In this document: positions 26,680-38,489 of the stretch, piece after piece
Position numbering within the stretch: position 1 is the stretch's first letter
Layout of the letters: each line of letters starts with the position of its first letter
Assembly: GCA_950097015.1 (NCBI GenBank)
Contig: CATNEN010000002.1
Location: 1,798,001-1,862,000, forward strand
Origin: Macrostomum hystrix
Lineage: Eukaryota; Animalia; Platyhelminthes
Length of the DNA stretch: 64,000 bases
Direction: 5' to 3'
Notes under the pieces: model-generated
What the model saw: only the letters and a program-made list of their open reading frames with translations
Told to the model about the DNA's origin: nothing
The model's database searches: none
Program-made: the position numbers and the translations under genes

Positions 26680-27501
26680 GTCACGTGACTGTTGAGAATT
26701 CAAATCCGCGCGAGCTAGTTTAGATGAACTGTATCAAATATTTTGAAACGATTTATTTCGATTTTTTCAGAATTAATCGTAGAATTCAATGTCTTGATAC
26801 CGATTGCTTTGATTCTGGAGAAAATAGAAAATTATAAAAAAATGATCTCAAAGAGAAAAAACTAAATCAAAACTAAATCAAAATCAATCAAAATGAACAC
26901 AGGAAGCACAAATAATTAAAATATGCATTCAAAGCACTTGTAACAAGAAATTAAAATGGTTGGCTTTGATGAATTATTGAAAGTACTTGTAAGTAGTTGC
27001 AAATTTTTGTTACAACATTCCGTTTTTCGACTAAAAAATTCATAGAAACACTTTTTCAAATGAAATTCACTTTCTCATGGTGACTTTTGTTCGTAATAAT
27101 TTAATGTGACTTTAATCCGTTGATGAATATGTATTTTTTTGTTGAACAAAAATACACGCTGCTAAGGTATGTTACAATTCACAGATTTTCTGACAACAAA
27201 ATGCTTGCTTTCATAGTTTTTATATCGTTTTTTAAACTTAAGTTTTCAAGCCTTTTTTTAAATTGAATTCATTTTTGTCTAATTCATTTTGCATGACAAA
27301 ATGCGTTAAAATTCAAAGCCAAATTCTTGCTTTTGGAAAAGACTAATTATTTTCGCATCTAAGTTAGTCGCCCATTACAAGACAATATAAAAATACGTTA
27401 GTTATAAACTACGAGAGGGGACTTGTTAGACAGATCCTAATTTTATATACGCGCATAATTAAATTCTGTAAGTAAGATGCAAGTTGGATAAGCTACCTTT
27501 T

Positions 27502-28380
27502 AGATAGCGAAGCATTCTGGTTGGATAACGCATGACGTCTTTAATGTCGAAATCAAATTTCATTTGACGCCGTCCCAGAAAAGCAAGTTGGCCATCTGTC
27601 GCCTGTCCCGGTCGAACTGCTTTGGCCCCTGCTCTACCACTTGCAAATTTTCTGGCTCCAGCATGGGCTACACAATGAATCGAGAATACATTTATGATAG
27701 AGTTTACTTTGACTCATTCATTTTTTGAAGATGACGTATCTACATGTTAGATAAGGAAGCTACCTATTAGATATGGAAGCTACCTGTTGGAAAAGGAAGG
27801 TACTTTTTAGATAAGAAAGCTACCTGTTAGATAAGGAAGCTGCCTGTTAGATAAGGAGGCTGCCTGTTAGATAAGGAAGCTGACTGTTAGATAAGAAGCT
27901 GCCTGTTAGATAAGGAGCTTACCTGTTGGATAAGGAAGCTGCCTGTTAGATAAGGAAGCTGCCTGTTAGATATGGAAGCTGCCTGTTAGATAAGGAAGCT
28001 ACCTGTTAGATAAGGAAGCTACCTGTTAGATAAGGATGTTACCTGTTAGATAAGGAAGCTATCTGTTAGATAAGGAAGCTGCCTTTTAGATAAGGAAGCT
28101 GCCTTTTAGATAAGGAAGCTGCCTGTTAGATAAGGAAGCTGCCTGTTAGATAAGGAAGCTATCTGTTAGATAAGGAAGCTGCCTTTTAGATAAGGAAGCT
28201 GCCTGTTAGATAAGGAAGCTGCCTGTTAGATAAGGAAGCTGCCTGTTAGACAAGGAAGTTACCTGTTGGATAAGGAAGCTACCTGTTAGATAAGGAGGTT
28301 ACCAGTTGGATAAGGAAGACACATAAAAGACAACAACTTACCTCAAAGTCCCATAGAGACGGAGCATACAAGGCCTGTGT
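27502..28380. repeat. Dispersed repeat, long copy, containing ~29 tandem 20-bp units (gctgcctgttagataaggaa, ~27742-28320)
   Basis: Flanks align to 25437-25836; internal 20-bp tandem array read directly. Confidence 0.9.
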
Positions 28381-28754
28381 CCGCATAGATGAGGTAATCA
28401 ATGCGGCCCTGTTGTACACGTGGAACTGCACGAACGGTACTAATCTGGCTGCAAAAATCTGAGACAACACGTAGCCAATGTAAAGCGGCATAAAAATGTA
28501 GGCAATAGTGACGAACGAAGCTGTCAGAATGCTGATTAGCTCGCACTGGATTGGCTGCTGCATTTCCAGCAGGCAAGTGAATGTGGCCACCAATGAGAAC
28601 CGATCTTGACACTTTAAGTTTGCCACTCGGGCCTGCGTTCGTTGGTCGAAAGCATGATGAGTTAGACTCAAACTCAGAAAAGCCCGCATAGACTAACCCA
28701 AAAACACACCCAAAAACAGACTCATAAACTCACTCAAAATCATGAACTCATGAA

Positions 28755-30299
28755 CTAAGTCATGAGTCTAGATGTACACACAGACAGTGTACAATTGGTT
28801 GCTAAAAATAGCGCCAACCAGCTTACCGGCCCATTCAGATTCAGCCTATCGGCTATCTGGCTGTGCGCATCTGAGGACCGACGCCGCCTGAGCAGAACCG
28901 GTTCCAACCGGTCTGCGGAGTCTTCAACGAAGCAGACTGGACACTCGGTCGCCTCCCAGTTGGGTTGCCAGCAGTCGCCATAGTCGATTAGAATATTTGA
29001 GTCTAGTTTGAGGTCCTTTCTGAGAATTCTATCATTTTCAATTTTCGAAGCAGCTTCTTCGGCAGCGGCTGCACCAGAGCTGACGGCCTGGAAAACGCGA
29101 AGTCGATGACGTCTGCTAAGATGCCGCCTGCGACTACGTCGACGACAGCGTCGGCACAGTCCCAATCGGTCGCGCGACGTTCCGGGCGGACACCGGCTGT
29201 CGTTTTCCAACTGCAGAGTGTGCAGCGTGATCTGCAGTAGCCTACTATTAGTAGAAATGCCTGGTTTTGCAGATATTGTTACAACCGACGCCACGCAGAT
29301 CAATGCAAGATTTTTGCTGCAGCGAGGCGTCAATGGGTTGACGCGAAACCGCACGATCAGATGCTGCTGAGCACTGCGGTTGGATAGAGGCTTTGAGCAG
29401 TCGGGAACAAGTCTATAGATTAAGATTTTGAGCAGTCAGGAACACAGATTTTGAATAAAAGTCAATAAATCTGGTGGAATTTTGAGCAGTCAGGAAGAAA
29501 TCTGTTGTGATTTTGAGCAGTCAGGAATAAATATAGTGAATTATTACCGCAGGTCAAGAGCAATTCTGCCCATTTCACTGACTCCTGAGCACACAGACAA
29601 ACAAAAACCGTACGCAGGCACACGCTCACACAGGTGTGTACATCTACCCTGACTTTCTCATCGCCAGGCAGTGTACACTCTCTCTGTGCCTTGAAGGTTG
29701 GCCCTCAAGGTCGTAAATTGCACGACAAGCCCCCAAGCCTTCTCTCCGTGGCTGCGCCCCAAATAAACGTGGCCTCGCCGTGGAATCGAACTCAGGGACC
29801 ATTGGTGCGAGAGGCAAACGCGGTTACCCCCTTAGTCGGGAGTTATTCTAGGTAGAGATTTTGAGCAGTCGGGAACAAATATAGCGAGAGTATGAGCTGT
29901 AAGCTAAGATTTTGAGTAGGCGTCAAATAAATCCAGTGAGATTTTGAGGTTTGCGCAGATACAGAAAAACACCTGCAAGCACCTGTAAAAGTACACGGCA
30001 CATCCGCCAAACAGTCTCCCAGCAGGTCTCTTCAAGATCCTTCGTTGTTGAATACCTTCAAACCAAGTCTCATGTCTGGAGTCTCCGACACTCGCAGCTG
30101 CTCCGCAAGGTGTTAGCGACAAGGTCAAATTGGCAAATAAATCTGCTTTTAGTCCTGGCCAGTTGTAGTGGCGAATTTCTGCATTTGATAGCGTTGGAAA
30201 ATTTCCACTTGAATGACCTTGAACTGCTTGTGTAGCGGCCAAGGATATCAGGAAGGCGACTGACAGCTGGTTGGGTAGGCTGCGACACATTCTCATCAT
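28755..30299 (-). CDS. Predicted secreted or GPI-anchored protein of unknown function (~311 aa), 2 exons
   Basis: Exons 30299-29983 and 29373-28755 join in phase 2 (TAC AG|gt ... ccgcag|T), 936 nt. Signal-like MMRMCRSLPNQLSVAFLISLAATQAVQG; CPPGTSRDRLGLCRRC motif; polybasic RRRR sites; hydrophobic C-terminus. Confidence 0.65.
29555..29832 (-). mobile_element. tRNA-derived SINE, copy 4, in the intron of the secreted-protein gene
   Basis: Reverse complement matches the head, body and middle of copies 2 and 3. Confidence 0.85.
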
Positions 30300-30529
30300 G
30301 CTGGTCGTTTATTTTCCGATTTTTTTACTACTAAGATATAACCAATTGGTAATGCGCACTTGCATACCTTGCTTTGTGCCTGGTTTCTACTATTTACCAT
30401 AGAACAAAAAATGTATAAATAGACTTCACTTGTACCAGATCGATAATTATTTTCTAGACTATAGATAGATCGCCATAAGACAAATTAGATTCGACAAAAA
30501 CTAAACAGATTTTGAGAAGTATATCAATA

Positions 30530-31352
30530 ATAACCTGTGAGATTTTGAGCATTATAACAATAATAACGTGTAAGATTTTGAGCATTATATCAATAATAAC
30601 CTGTGAGATTTTGAGCATTATATCTATACACCCAGTGAGATTTTGAGCAGTATATCAATACACCCAGTGAGATTTTGAGCAGTATATCAATACCCCCAGT
30701 GAGATTTTGAGCAGTATATCTATACACCCAGTGAGATTTTGAGCAGTATATCAATACACCCAGTGAGATTTTGAGCAGTATATCAATACACCCAGTGAGA
30801 TTTTGAGCAGTATATCAATACACCCAGTGAGATTTTGAGCAGTATATCAATACACCTAGTGAGATTTTGAGCAGTATATCAATACACCCAGTGAGATTTT
30901 GAGCAGTATATCAATACACCCAGTGAGATTTTGAGCAGTATATCAATACACCCTGCGAACTTTTGAGCAGTATATCAATACACCCAGTGAGATTTTGAGC
31001 ATTATATCAATACACCCAGTGAGATTTTGAGCATTATATCAATACACCCAGTGAGATTTTGAGCAGTATATCAATACACCCAGTGAGATTTTGAGCAGTA
31101 TATCAATACACCCAGTGAGATTTTGAGCAGTATATCAATACACCCAGTGAGATTTTGAGCAGTATATCAATACAGCCAGTGAGATTTTGAGCAGTATATC
31201 AATACACCCAGTGAGATTTTGAGCAGTATATCAATACACCCAGTGAGATTTTGAGCAGTATATCAATACAGCCAGTGAGATTTTGAGCAGTATATCAATA
31301 CACCCAGTGAGATTTTGAGCAGTATATCAATACACCTAGTGAGATTTTGAGA
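30530..31352. repeat. 32-bp minisatellite (cagtgagattttgagcagtatatcaatacacc), ~25 copies
   Basis: gtgagatt at 30731 and 30763. Confidence 0.95.
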
Positions 31353-32104
31353 AATATAATAATAGAAACAGCGAGAGTTAAAAAATAAAGAGTAAGAAAT
31401 ATAGTATTCCATGATAATACAATAATTCAGAGTGTATCCAATGACGCAAATTAGTGACAAACTATTTTTAATGCTCAACAAAAGCTGAAAAGGTGAATTC
31501 TAACGACTTGACTGTTTACCTGACCCCTGCTACGCAAAATTGATTATCGAAGTTGAAAAATACATTTTAAAAGTGCACAGATATAAATTTCTGAGATGCT
31601 TTCAGAGCAATAAAAAGGCTTGACCCATTTGACTTAAAACAAATTTCTCATAGCCAATTGATAAGACATTTGAAGGCAATATAGCAATTTTCATAGGGTG
31701 ATACCAACACTAGAACTATCAGAAAGCTGTCTCTAAGGAAACCAGCTCAACAACACAAGGGCTAAGATAAGAACCACGCAAAGGTACCAAGTCGAAGGTA
31801 TTTTAGCTGGCATCGAATTCTTGGCCAAACTGCTTGGCACGCAAATTACCATAAATGGCCAATTGCCAAGACCAAAGCATTCGCAGATTTATCTGTTTGA
31901 ATGCCAGTGTTTTAGTGCATGTATATTCCAAACCTGACTAAAGAGACTTTGTGAGAAACATGCAATCAATATTTATGTTTTATGGTGCTTGAGAAGATAT
32001 TTGCTGAACCTCGCTAACTTACCTTAGATAAAAGTTATTAAGCAGAAAAAGAAAATAAAGGTCGAAATCGGATGTCTAAGGTGAAACAAGAAATAATATT
32101 TTAC

Positions 32105-33620
32105 ATTAGATTAGATTAGATTAGATAAGACAGAAATTAGATACTAAGATCAGATACTGAGATGAAAATCTGAGATTAGACACTGAGATTAGACACTGAG
32201 ATTAGATACTGAGATTAGAAACTGAGATTAGATACTGAGATTAGACACTGATATTAGACACTGAGATTAGACACTGAGATGAAAATCTGAGATTAGACAC
32301 TGAGATTAGATACTGAGATTAGATACTGAGATTAGACACTGAGATTAGACACTGAGATTAGATACTGAGATTAGATACTGAGATTAGATACTGAGGTTAG
32401 ATAATGAGATTAGATAATGAGATTAGACACTGAGATTAGACACAGAGATTAGATACTGAGATTAGACACTGAGATTAGATACTGAGATTAGATACTGAGA
32501 TGAAAATCTGAGATTAGACACTGAGATTAGATAATGAGATTAGATAATGAGATTAGACACTGAGATTAGATACCGAGATTAGACACTGAGATTAGACACT
32601 GAGATTAGATACTGAGATTAGATACTGAGATTAGATACTGAGATTAGATAATGAGATTAGATAATGAGATTAGACACTGAGATTAGATACTGAGATTAGA
32701 TACTGAGATGAAAATCTGAGATTAGACACTGAGATTAGATAATGAGATTAGATAATGAGATTAGACACAGAGATTAGATACTGAGATTAGATACCGAGAT
32801 TAGACACTGAGATTATATACTGAGATTAGATACTGAGATTAGATACTGAGATTAGATACTGAGATTAGATACTGAGATTAGATACTGAGATTAGATACTG
32901 AGATTAGACACTGAGATTAGATACTGAGATTAGATACTGAGATTAGATACTGAGATTAGACACTGAGATTAGATACTGAGATTGGACACTGAGATTGGAC
33001 ACTGAGATTAGACACTGAGATTAGACACTGAGATTAGATACTGAGATTAGACACTGAGATTAGACACTGAGATTAGATACTGAGATGAAAATCTGAGATT
33101 AGACACTGAGATAAAATACTGAGATTAGATACTGAGATTAGACACTGAGATTAGACACTGAGATTAGACACTGAGATTAGATACTGAGATTAGATACTGA
33201 GATTAGATACTGAGATTAGATACTGAGATTAGACACTGAGATTAGATACTGAGATTAGACACTGAGATTAGATACTGAGATTAGATACTGAGATTAGATA
33301 CTGAGATTAGACACTGAGATTAGACACTGAGATTAGATACTAGATGAAAATCTGAGATTAGACACTGAGATTAGACACTGCGAAGATTAGACACTGAGAT
33401 TAGACACTGAGATTAGATACTGAGATTAGATACTGAGATTAGACACTGAGATTAGATACTGAGATTAGATACTAAGATTAGATACTGAGATTAGACACTG
33501 AGATTAGACACTGAGATTAGATACTGAGATGAAAATCTGAGATTAGACACTGAGATTAGACACTGAGATTAGACACTGAGATTAGACACTGAGATTAGAC
33601 ACGGAGACTAGACACTGAGA
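32105..33620. repeat. 13-bp minisatellite (ctgagattaga[t/c]a), ~110 copies, with recurrent variant gagatgaaaatct
   Basis: tgagatt at 32821 and 32834. Confidence 0.95.
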
Positions 33621-33936
33621 CTCTTTAGCCCTTCTAGTTTGCTAGAAATCATATTTAAAAGAAAAAAGAAAGAAATAACTGCATAATGATTAATTTTAGC
33701 GCTAAACAATATAGCCTTTAAAAGATTAAATATAGCTTCCTGAATGATAAATTTTCGTGTCTTGACATTATTCTCATGCGAGTATATTAGTAAGTTCAGC
33801 TTTATGACACTATACAAACTGCGACAGAACATTGTAATCAAACTACCAACTAGCATGGCACAATTGACGAATAGGAACCTATGTAAAGTGTTAGGCAGTC
33901 AACAGTGTCTATATTTCTAATTAACAGACACAATGG

Positions 33937-36488
33937 TCACTTGTTGACAGGCTTCAACAACGACAGACCCGGTGGTAGCGGCGGCGGTGGCTTATCCGGC
34001 TTTTCTAGCACAATTAGGCGCCTCGGAAACTGTTGAACCTCGACCGCTAGCAGCTTCAGGCGCCAGGACTTGTCGTCATTCTGACCAGGTGGATGGGCGG
34101 GTGGATATTAGCAGGTGCTGTTGATTACTGTTGTTAACTCGATTCCACACCATCAAATCTCTCTGGACCATGTCTACCTCTCCTATCTTCAATGTCTACC
34201 TCTCCTATCTCCCGTTTCTACCTCTCCTATCTACCGTGTCAACCTCTTCTATCTCCCATGTCTACCTCTCCTATCTCCCATGTCTACCTCTCCTATCTTC
34301 CATGTCTACCTCTCCTATCTCCCATGTCTACCTCTCCTATCTCCCATGTCTACCTCTCCTGTCTCCCGTTTCTACCTCTCCTATCTACCGTTTCTACCTC
34401 TCCTATCTACCGTTTCTACTTTAGTTGTCAGAAAAGATACATTAGAGTCTCAATCTTCAAACCCTATTCCGTACCATAACTCCCTGCACGTAGACGTCCG
34501 CCCTGTTTATCTGGCCAACCAGGTGATACCGCAGAGTCATAACTCGCTCCGATGTCTCAGCATCGAGGGACTCCTCCGAGTGGACGCGGCTGCGCGATCT
34601 CCTTGAGCTGCCCTCGCCGTGCACTTTGATTGGCTCGCCGAGAGCCGCTTGGACTTGAGGATCAGCGAGGCAGCGCTCCGTTGCTATGGCCTGCAGAGCG
34701 GTTGGCGACTCGCTTGAGAACAGTTCGCGCCATAGAACGTAAAATAGGCCCCCGGTAACTAGGGCGCCTACCAACACGACCAGAGTGTAGGCGAAGTCTT
34801 TGGAGCCTTCAACAACTGTTCAAGGTTGAGAAGCGGCCAGGTTTCTTAGAATAAACTTAACAAACTAGTTGAGCTGGGATATTAACTTTCGTGCGCGTGA
34901 CAGTCCCCTACCAAGTCCACGGACTGAACAGCTATACACCGCCTTTAGATGTGTCACTGGTTATACGTCTGGTGTAGGAAACTTTTTAGTATTCCAATAA
35001 TAGAAAAGCTATACAACAATTACAAGTCGAATTTAGAATACTTCAAGCTGTACTTCAAGTATACACTAAAATGCTGAGAAAATTCCTGAAAATCAATGAA
35101 GCTAAAACCTAATTAGATAACACGTGGCATTCCCTGATTTAATCTAACTCAAGTGCAACCAACCCAACCTGTACTAAGCCGTGCCCAAAAAATAGTTAAG
35201 AATTTATATATATATTTAATAACAAGTAAAGCACTAATTTGAGAATATATTTACAATAGCTAATATAATATAGATACAACACCTACGTAAGGCAGAAACT
35301 AATCAAACCCAAATCAATAGCAGTTAAGACTGAAATGACTCGAAAGACCCAACGACCCGATAAGATTAGTCTCTCGGGGACTGAATGGACATTGATAAGG
35401 AGCCAACTAAAATAAGTGACAACGCAGACGCTAGATTTTCATAAGCCTATCGACATAGTGCTGCTAGCTAACAAAATGTGAAGTTAAACTGCTGGGTGTT
35501 AGCTTGGACTAAGCAATAGACTAAGACACTTTAACACATTAGGCACTAAACACAGACAAACACCAATCAGTGTACAGACACTTGCACACACTGATTCGTA
35601 AACAATAATCTGTGCTGTACAGACAAACACTAGTCATTGCACACAGGTATACACTAGTCATTGCACACAGGTACACACTAGTCATTGCACACAGGTACAC
35701 ACTAGTCATTGCACACAGGTACACACTAGTCATTGCACACAGGTACACACTAGTCATTGCACGCAGGTCCACACTAACCAGTGTAAACAGGTACACACTT
35801 TTCATTTTACAAAGGTACTCCACTAACCAGTGTACACAAGTATACACTAACCAGTGTACACAAGTATACACTAACCAGTGTACACAAGTATACACTAACC
35901 AGTGTACACAAGTATACACTAACCAGTGTACACAAGTATACACTAACCAGTGTACACAAGTATGCACTAACCAGTGTACACAAGTATGCACTAACCAGTG
36001 TACACAAGTACACACTAGTCATTGTACACAGGTACCCACTAACCAGTGTACACAAGTACACACTAGTCATTGTACACAGGTACCCACTAACAAGTGTACA
36101 CAGGTACACACTAATACGGGTACACCCTAATAAGTGTACACAGGTACACAAAGTTCTGTTTCGAAAATTCTGGCAGCCGACCAGTATTGCTTTACTGTGA
36201 GAATCTAGTAAGATTATAATTACCCTTCTGCCCAGCAGTCATGTTGGCATAGCTGGGACTGGCTGGTCGATCAGTGAAAATCACACTTTTGCTCAGTTGC
36301 TGCTGATAGTTCTCTTGCTGTTTTTTCGTTGGCTGCTGTTGCTGCTGCCCAGAGCCAGCTGAACCAGGCGAAGAGGAAGAGCTCAGATAGCGGCGCAGAG
36401 CTAAGGAGGCGTTGCCATAGCAACAGCGCTTGTAAGCAGCCGCCGCAGCAGCGCTAGCCAGGGCGGTGCCTCGAGCAAAGACCAGAGA
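33937..36488 (-). CDS. TIMM21: Mitochondrial import inner membrane translocase subunit TIM21 (~250 aa); initiator ATG not located in the genomic sequence
   Basis: Exons 36488-36224, 34815-34475, 34080-33937 (phases 1,0; 750 nt ending TGA). [40 protein letters not shown]...LGEPIKVHGEGSSRRSRSRV...VEVQQFPRRLIVLE matches the TIM21 family pattern (KDFTYLIVVL.G..VTGGLFY....ELFSS.SP). Confidence 0.9.
34168..34420. repeat. 22-bp minisatellite (tctacctctcctatctcccatg) in TIM21 intron
   Basis: Direct tandem copies. Confidence 0.92.
35560..36150. repeat. 24-bp minisatellite with two variant blocks (cactagtcattgcacacaggtaca; cactaaccagtgtacacaagtata) in TIM21 intron
   Basis: Direct tandem copies; source of the spurious repeat ORFs in this interval. 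Confidence 0.92.
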
Positions 36489-36761
36489 CTGAAGTTTTCA
36501 AAAAGAAAGCATTTCTAAAGTTTAAACAAAAACTGAGAGAATTCTGACTCTGAAAAAAATGTGGCTAAAACAACACAAAAACATGAGTAGGCTTATCAGG
36601 TCTTGCAAAACTGTGATTTTTTCATTTCTTGTCCAACTGGCACCAAGATTGAGACTGTAGATAGTAGACTCGGAGTGGATAGGAGAGGAATTGCCCAACA
36701 GTCTTATCTAGAGCTGACCTGGCAGACAAGGGTTGAGTGGGCTGGCACACGCCCCTCAGGC

Positions 36762-36767
36762 TATAAA
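36762..36767 (+). promoter_or_regulatory. Putative TATA box of DM9 gene 1
   Basis: TATAAA ~95 bp upstream of ATG 36860; the paralog has TATATAAA at a similar distance. Confidence 0.5.
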
Positions 36768-36859
36768 TTCAACGGCCGTTGGCCAGAGTCCCATGGCCGA
36801 AACAGCTCAGCGCAAATTCACTACTCTCCAGCAAACACCAGCAAAGCCCATCAACAATC

Positions 36860-37450
36860 ATGAGCACCTTCAAGAGCGCCGGCGGCAAGGGTGTCGACCT
36901 CTGCCTGTCCTGGGTTAACGCCGCCAACGGCGAAATTCCAGCCGGAGCTGTCAGCGCCGGCGGCGATGTCTACATTGCCAGATGCTTCCACGAAGGCGAA
37001 CTGCTGCCAGGCAAGGTGGCGGCCGGTCATCAGTACTGCTTCTCGCCCTACGGTGGCGAGGAGAAGCTGTGCACCAGCTACCAGGTGAGTGCCAAACTAC
37101 TCAAGAACAGATCGAATCTTCAAGGTAAAGTTTCAGACAGATCAGTTCAATCAATTCTCGATGACAATGGATTATTTTAGGTCCTGTGCGAGACCTGCAA
37201 CCACGGCCTGTCTGGCGGACCCGGCTACCAGTGGGTTGGCTGGAGCGGCAACACGGCCCCCAAGAATGCCCTGATCAGCGGCTCCGACCAGGGCAGGCCT
37301 CTATACGTTGCCAGGGCCAACGTGAACGGCGAATGGTGCTCCGGCAAGTACATCCCTGAGTACGGACGGGCCTATTTCTCGTGCGGCGGTGCTGAGCACG
37401 AATTGCACAGCGGCTTCGAAGTTCTGACCATGTGCGACAGATCCGGCTGA
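36860..37450 (+). CDS. DM9-repeat protein 1 (DUF3421, mannose-binding lectin family), 164 aa, 2 exons
   Basis: Exons 36860-37084 and 37181-37450 (phase 0). Two repeats: WV...NGEIPAGAVSAG..VYIARC.H.GELLPGKV......Y.G.E...Y.VL and WV......P.NALISG..GRPLYVARA..NGEW.SGK....G.AYF..GG.E....FEVL. Confidence 0.92.
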
Positions 37451-38489
37451 GCTGAGCATAGGACTCAAACTATTGGACTCACAATTTTTGACATTTCATT
37501 ATAGTTATTTTAATTACAATAGGAGTTGAACAATTTAGGAGTTTTTTTTAGAAAGTATTCAAATGTAGGACAAATATATATCATAATTAATTTGTTAGGC
37601 ATTGTTATATATAAAATAAAATCCTAGTTGAATGCATACATTTTTTCAGTTTTTCAACTAAATAAACTTTACCATCTGGACATAAGCAAGCATGACAAAG
37701 CTACATTTGCGTTTACAGTTTAAACTTAGTAAAAAGAAGTATGCAAGTAACAAACTGTGTTAATATTTTTCATGAGCCCTGTTTTTGCATAGTTGAAATT
37801 TCAATAATAAATGGAAGTATTTCAAAGTGAAGAGAACCTGTTGCAGTTGTACCTGTTGACTCACTTGTTGTAAAATAGCAACAATTTTTGTTTTACCACC
37901 AATCAAAATGCTATAGTCAATTGGAGATTCATTACATGCAAAAGGGGTGACTTCTTGCCCACAACTGGTGCTTAGTAGGGAAGCATATACACATACTACA
38001 TTTTTTTCTTAACTTTCAAGGGTAAAAAAGGGTCTGTGGACAATGGACTGCAATAGACTTTAATATGGCATATTTAAGTGCATTTTCAATGGTGTACCAG
38101 AGCTATACCAGCAATTTGTCTGCTTCAACATTGGTATGACTTCTTTATGGCAAAAGACATAGAATGGCCAAAACAAGCACCTTTGGCTAGAGCAATGTTG
38201 GCCTATCTAGCACTACTTTGTGGCAATATGCATCTGATGCACATGCATTTGGGAGTTTGGGAGTAATAAACTAGAAACTAACAGTTTTCAAAGTAAAGTG
38301 TTGAGTCAAATAACTGTTGTGTTTTACTTATTTAATTATAAATTATAAATAAATCTCATTCTGAGCATTGAATAAGTCATAAAATAATATTAATTCTTAA
38401 TTGATTCTTATTCATAAAATATAATATACAAGTTGCATTCAATTTGCAAAAATAGCCCTGACGTAAACTGTTGCCAATAACTTCATTAG

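Noticed and set aside
30530-31352. Possible CRISPR array (also considered for 27742-28320 and 48440-49500)
   Set aside because: Head-to-tail repeats with no unique spacers, no cas genes, eukaryotic context.
34115-36151. Repetitive ORFs 34115-34606, 35539-36015, 35612-36130, 35807-36151 (and 148-468)
   Set aside because: Produced by stop-free intronic or intergenic minisatellites.
36500-36512. In-frame ATG (36512) followed by TGA at codon 5 upstream of TIM21, suggesting readthrough or a pseudogene allele
   Set aside because: This stretch is a typical polypyrimidine tract and acceptor, so a chance intronic or outron ATG is more parsimonious; not fully excluded without raw reads.
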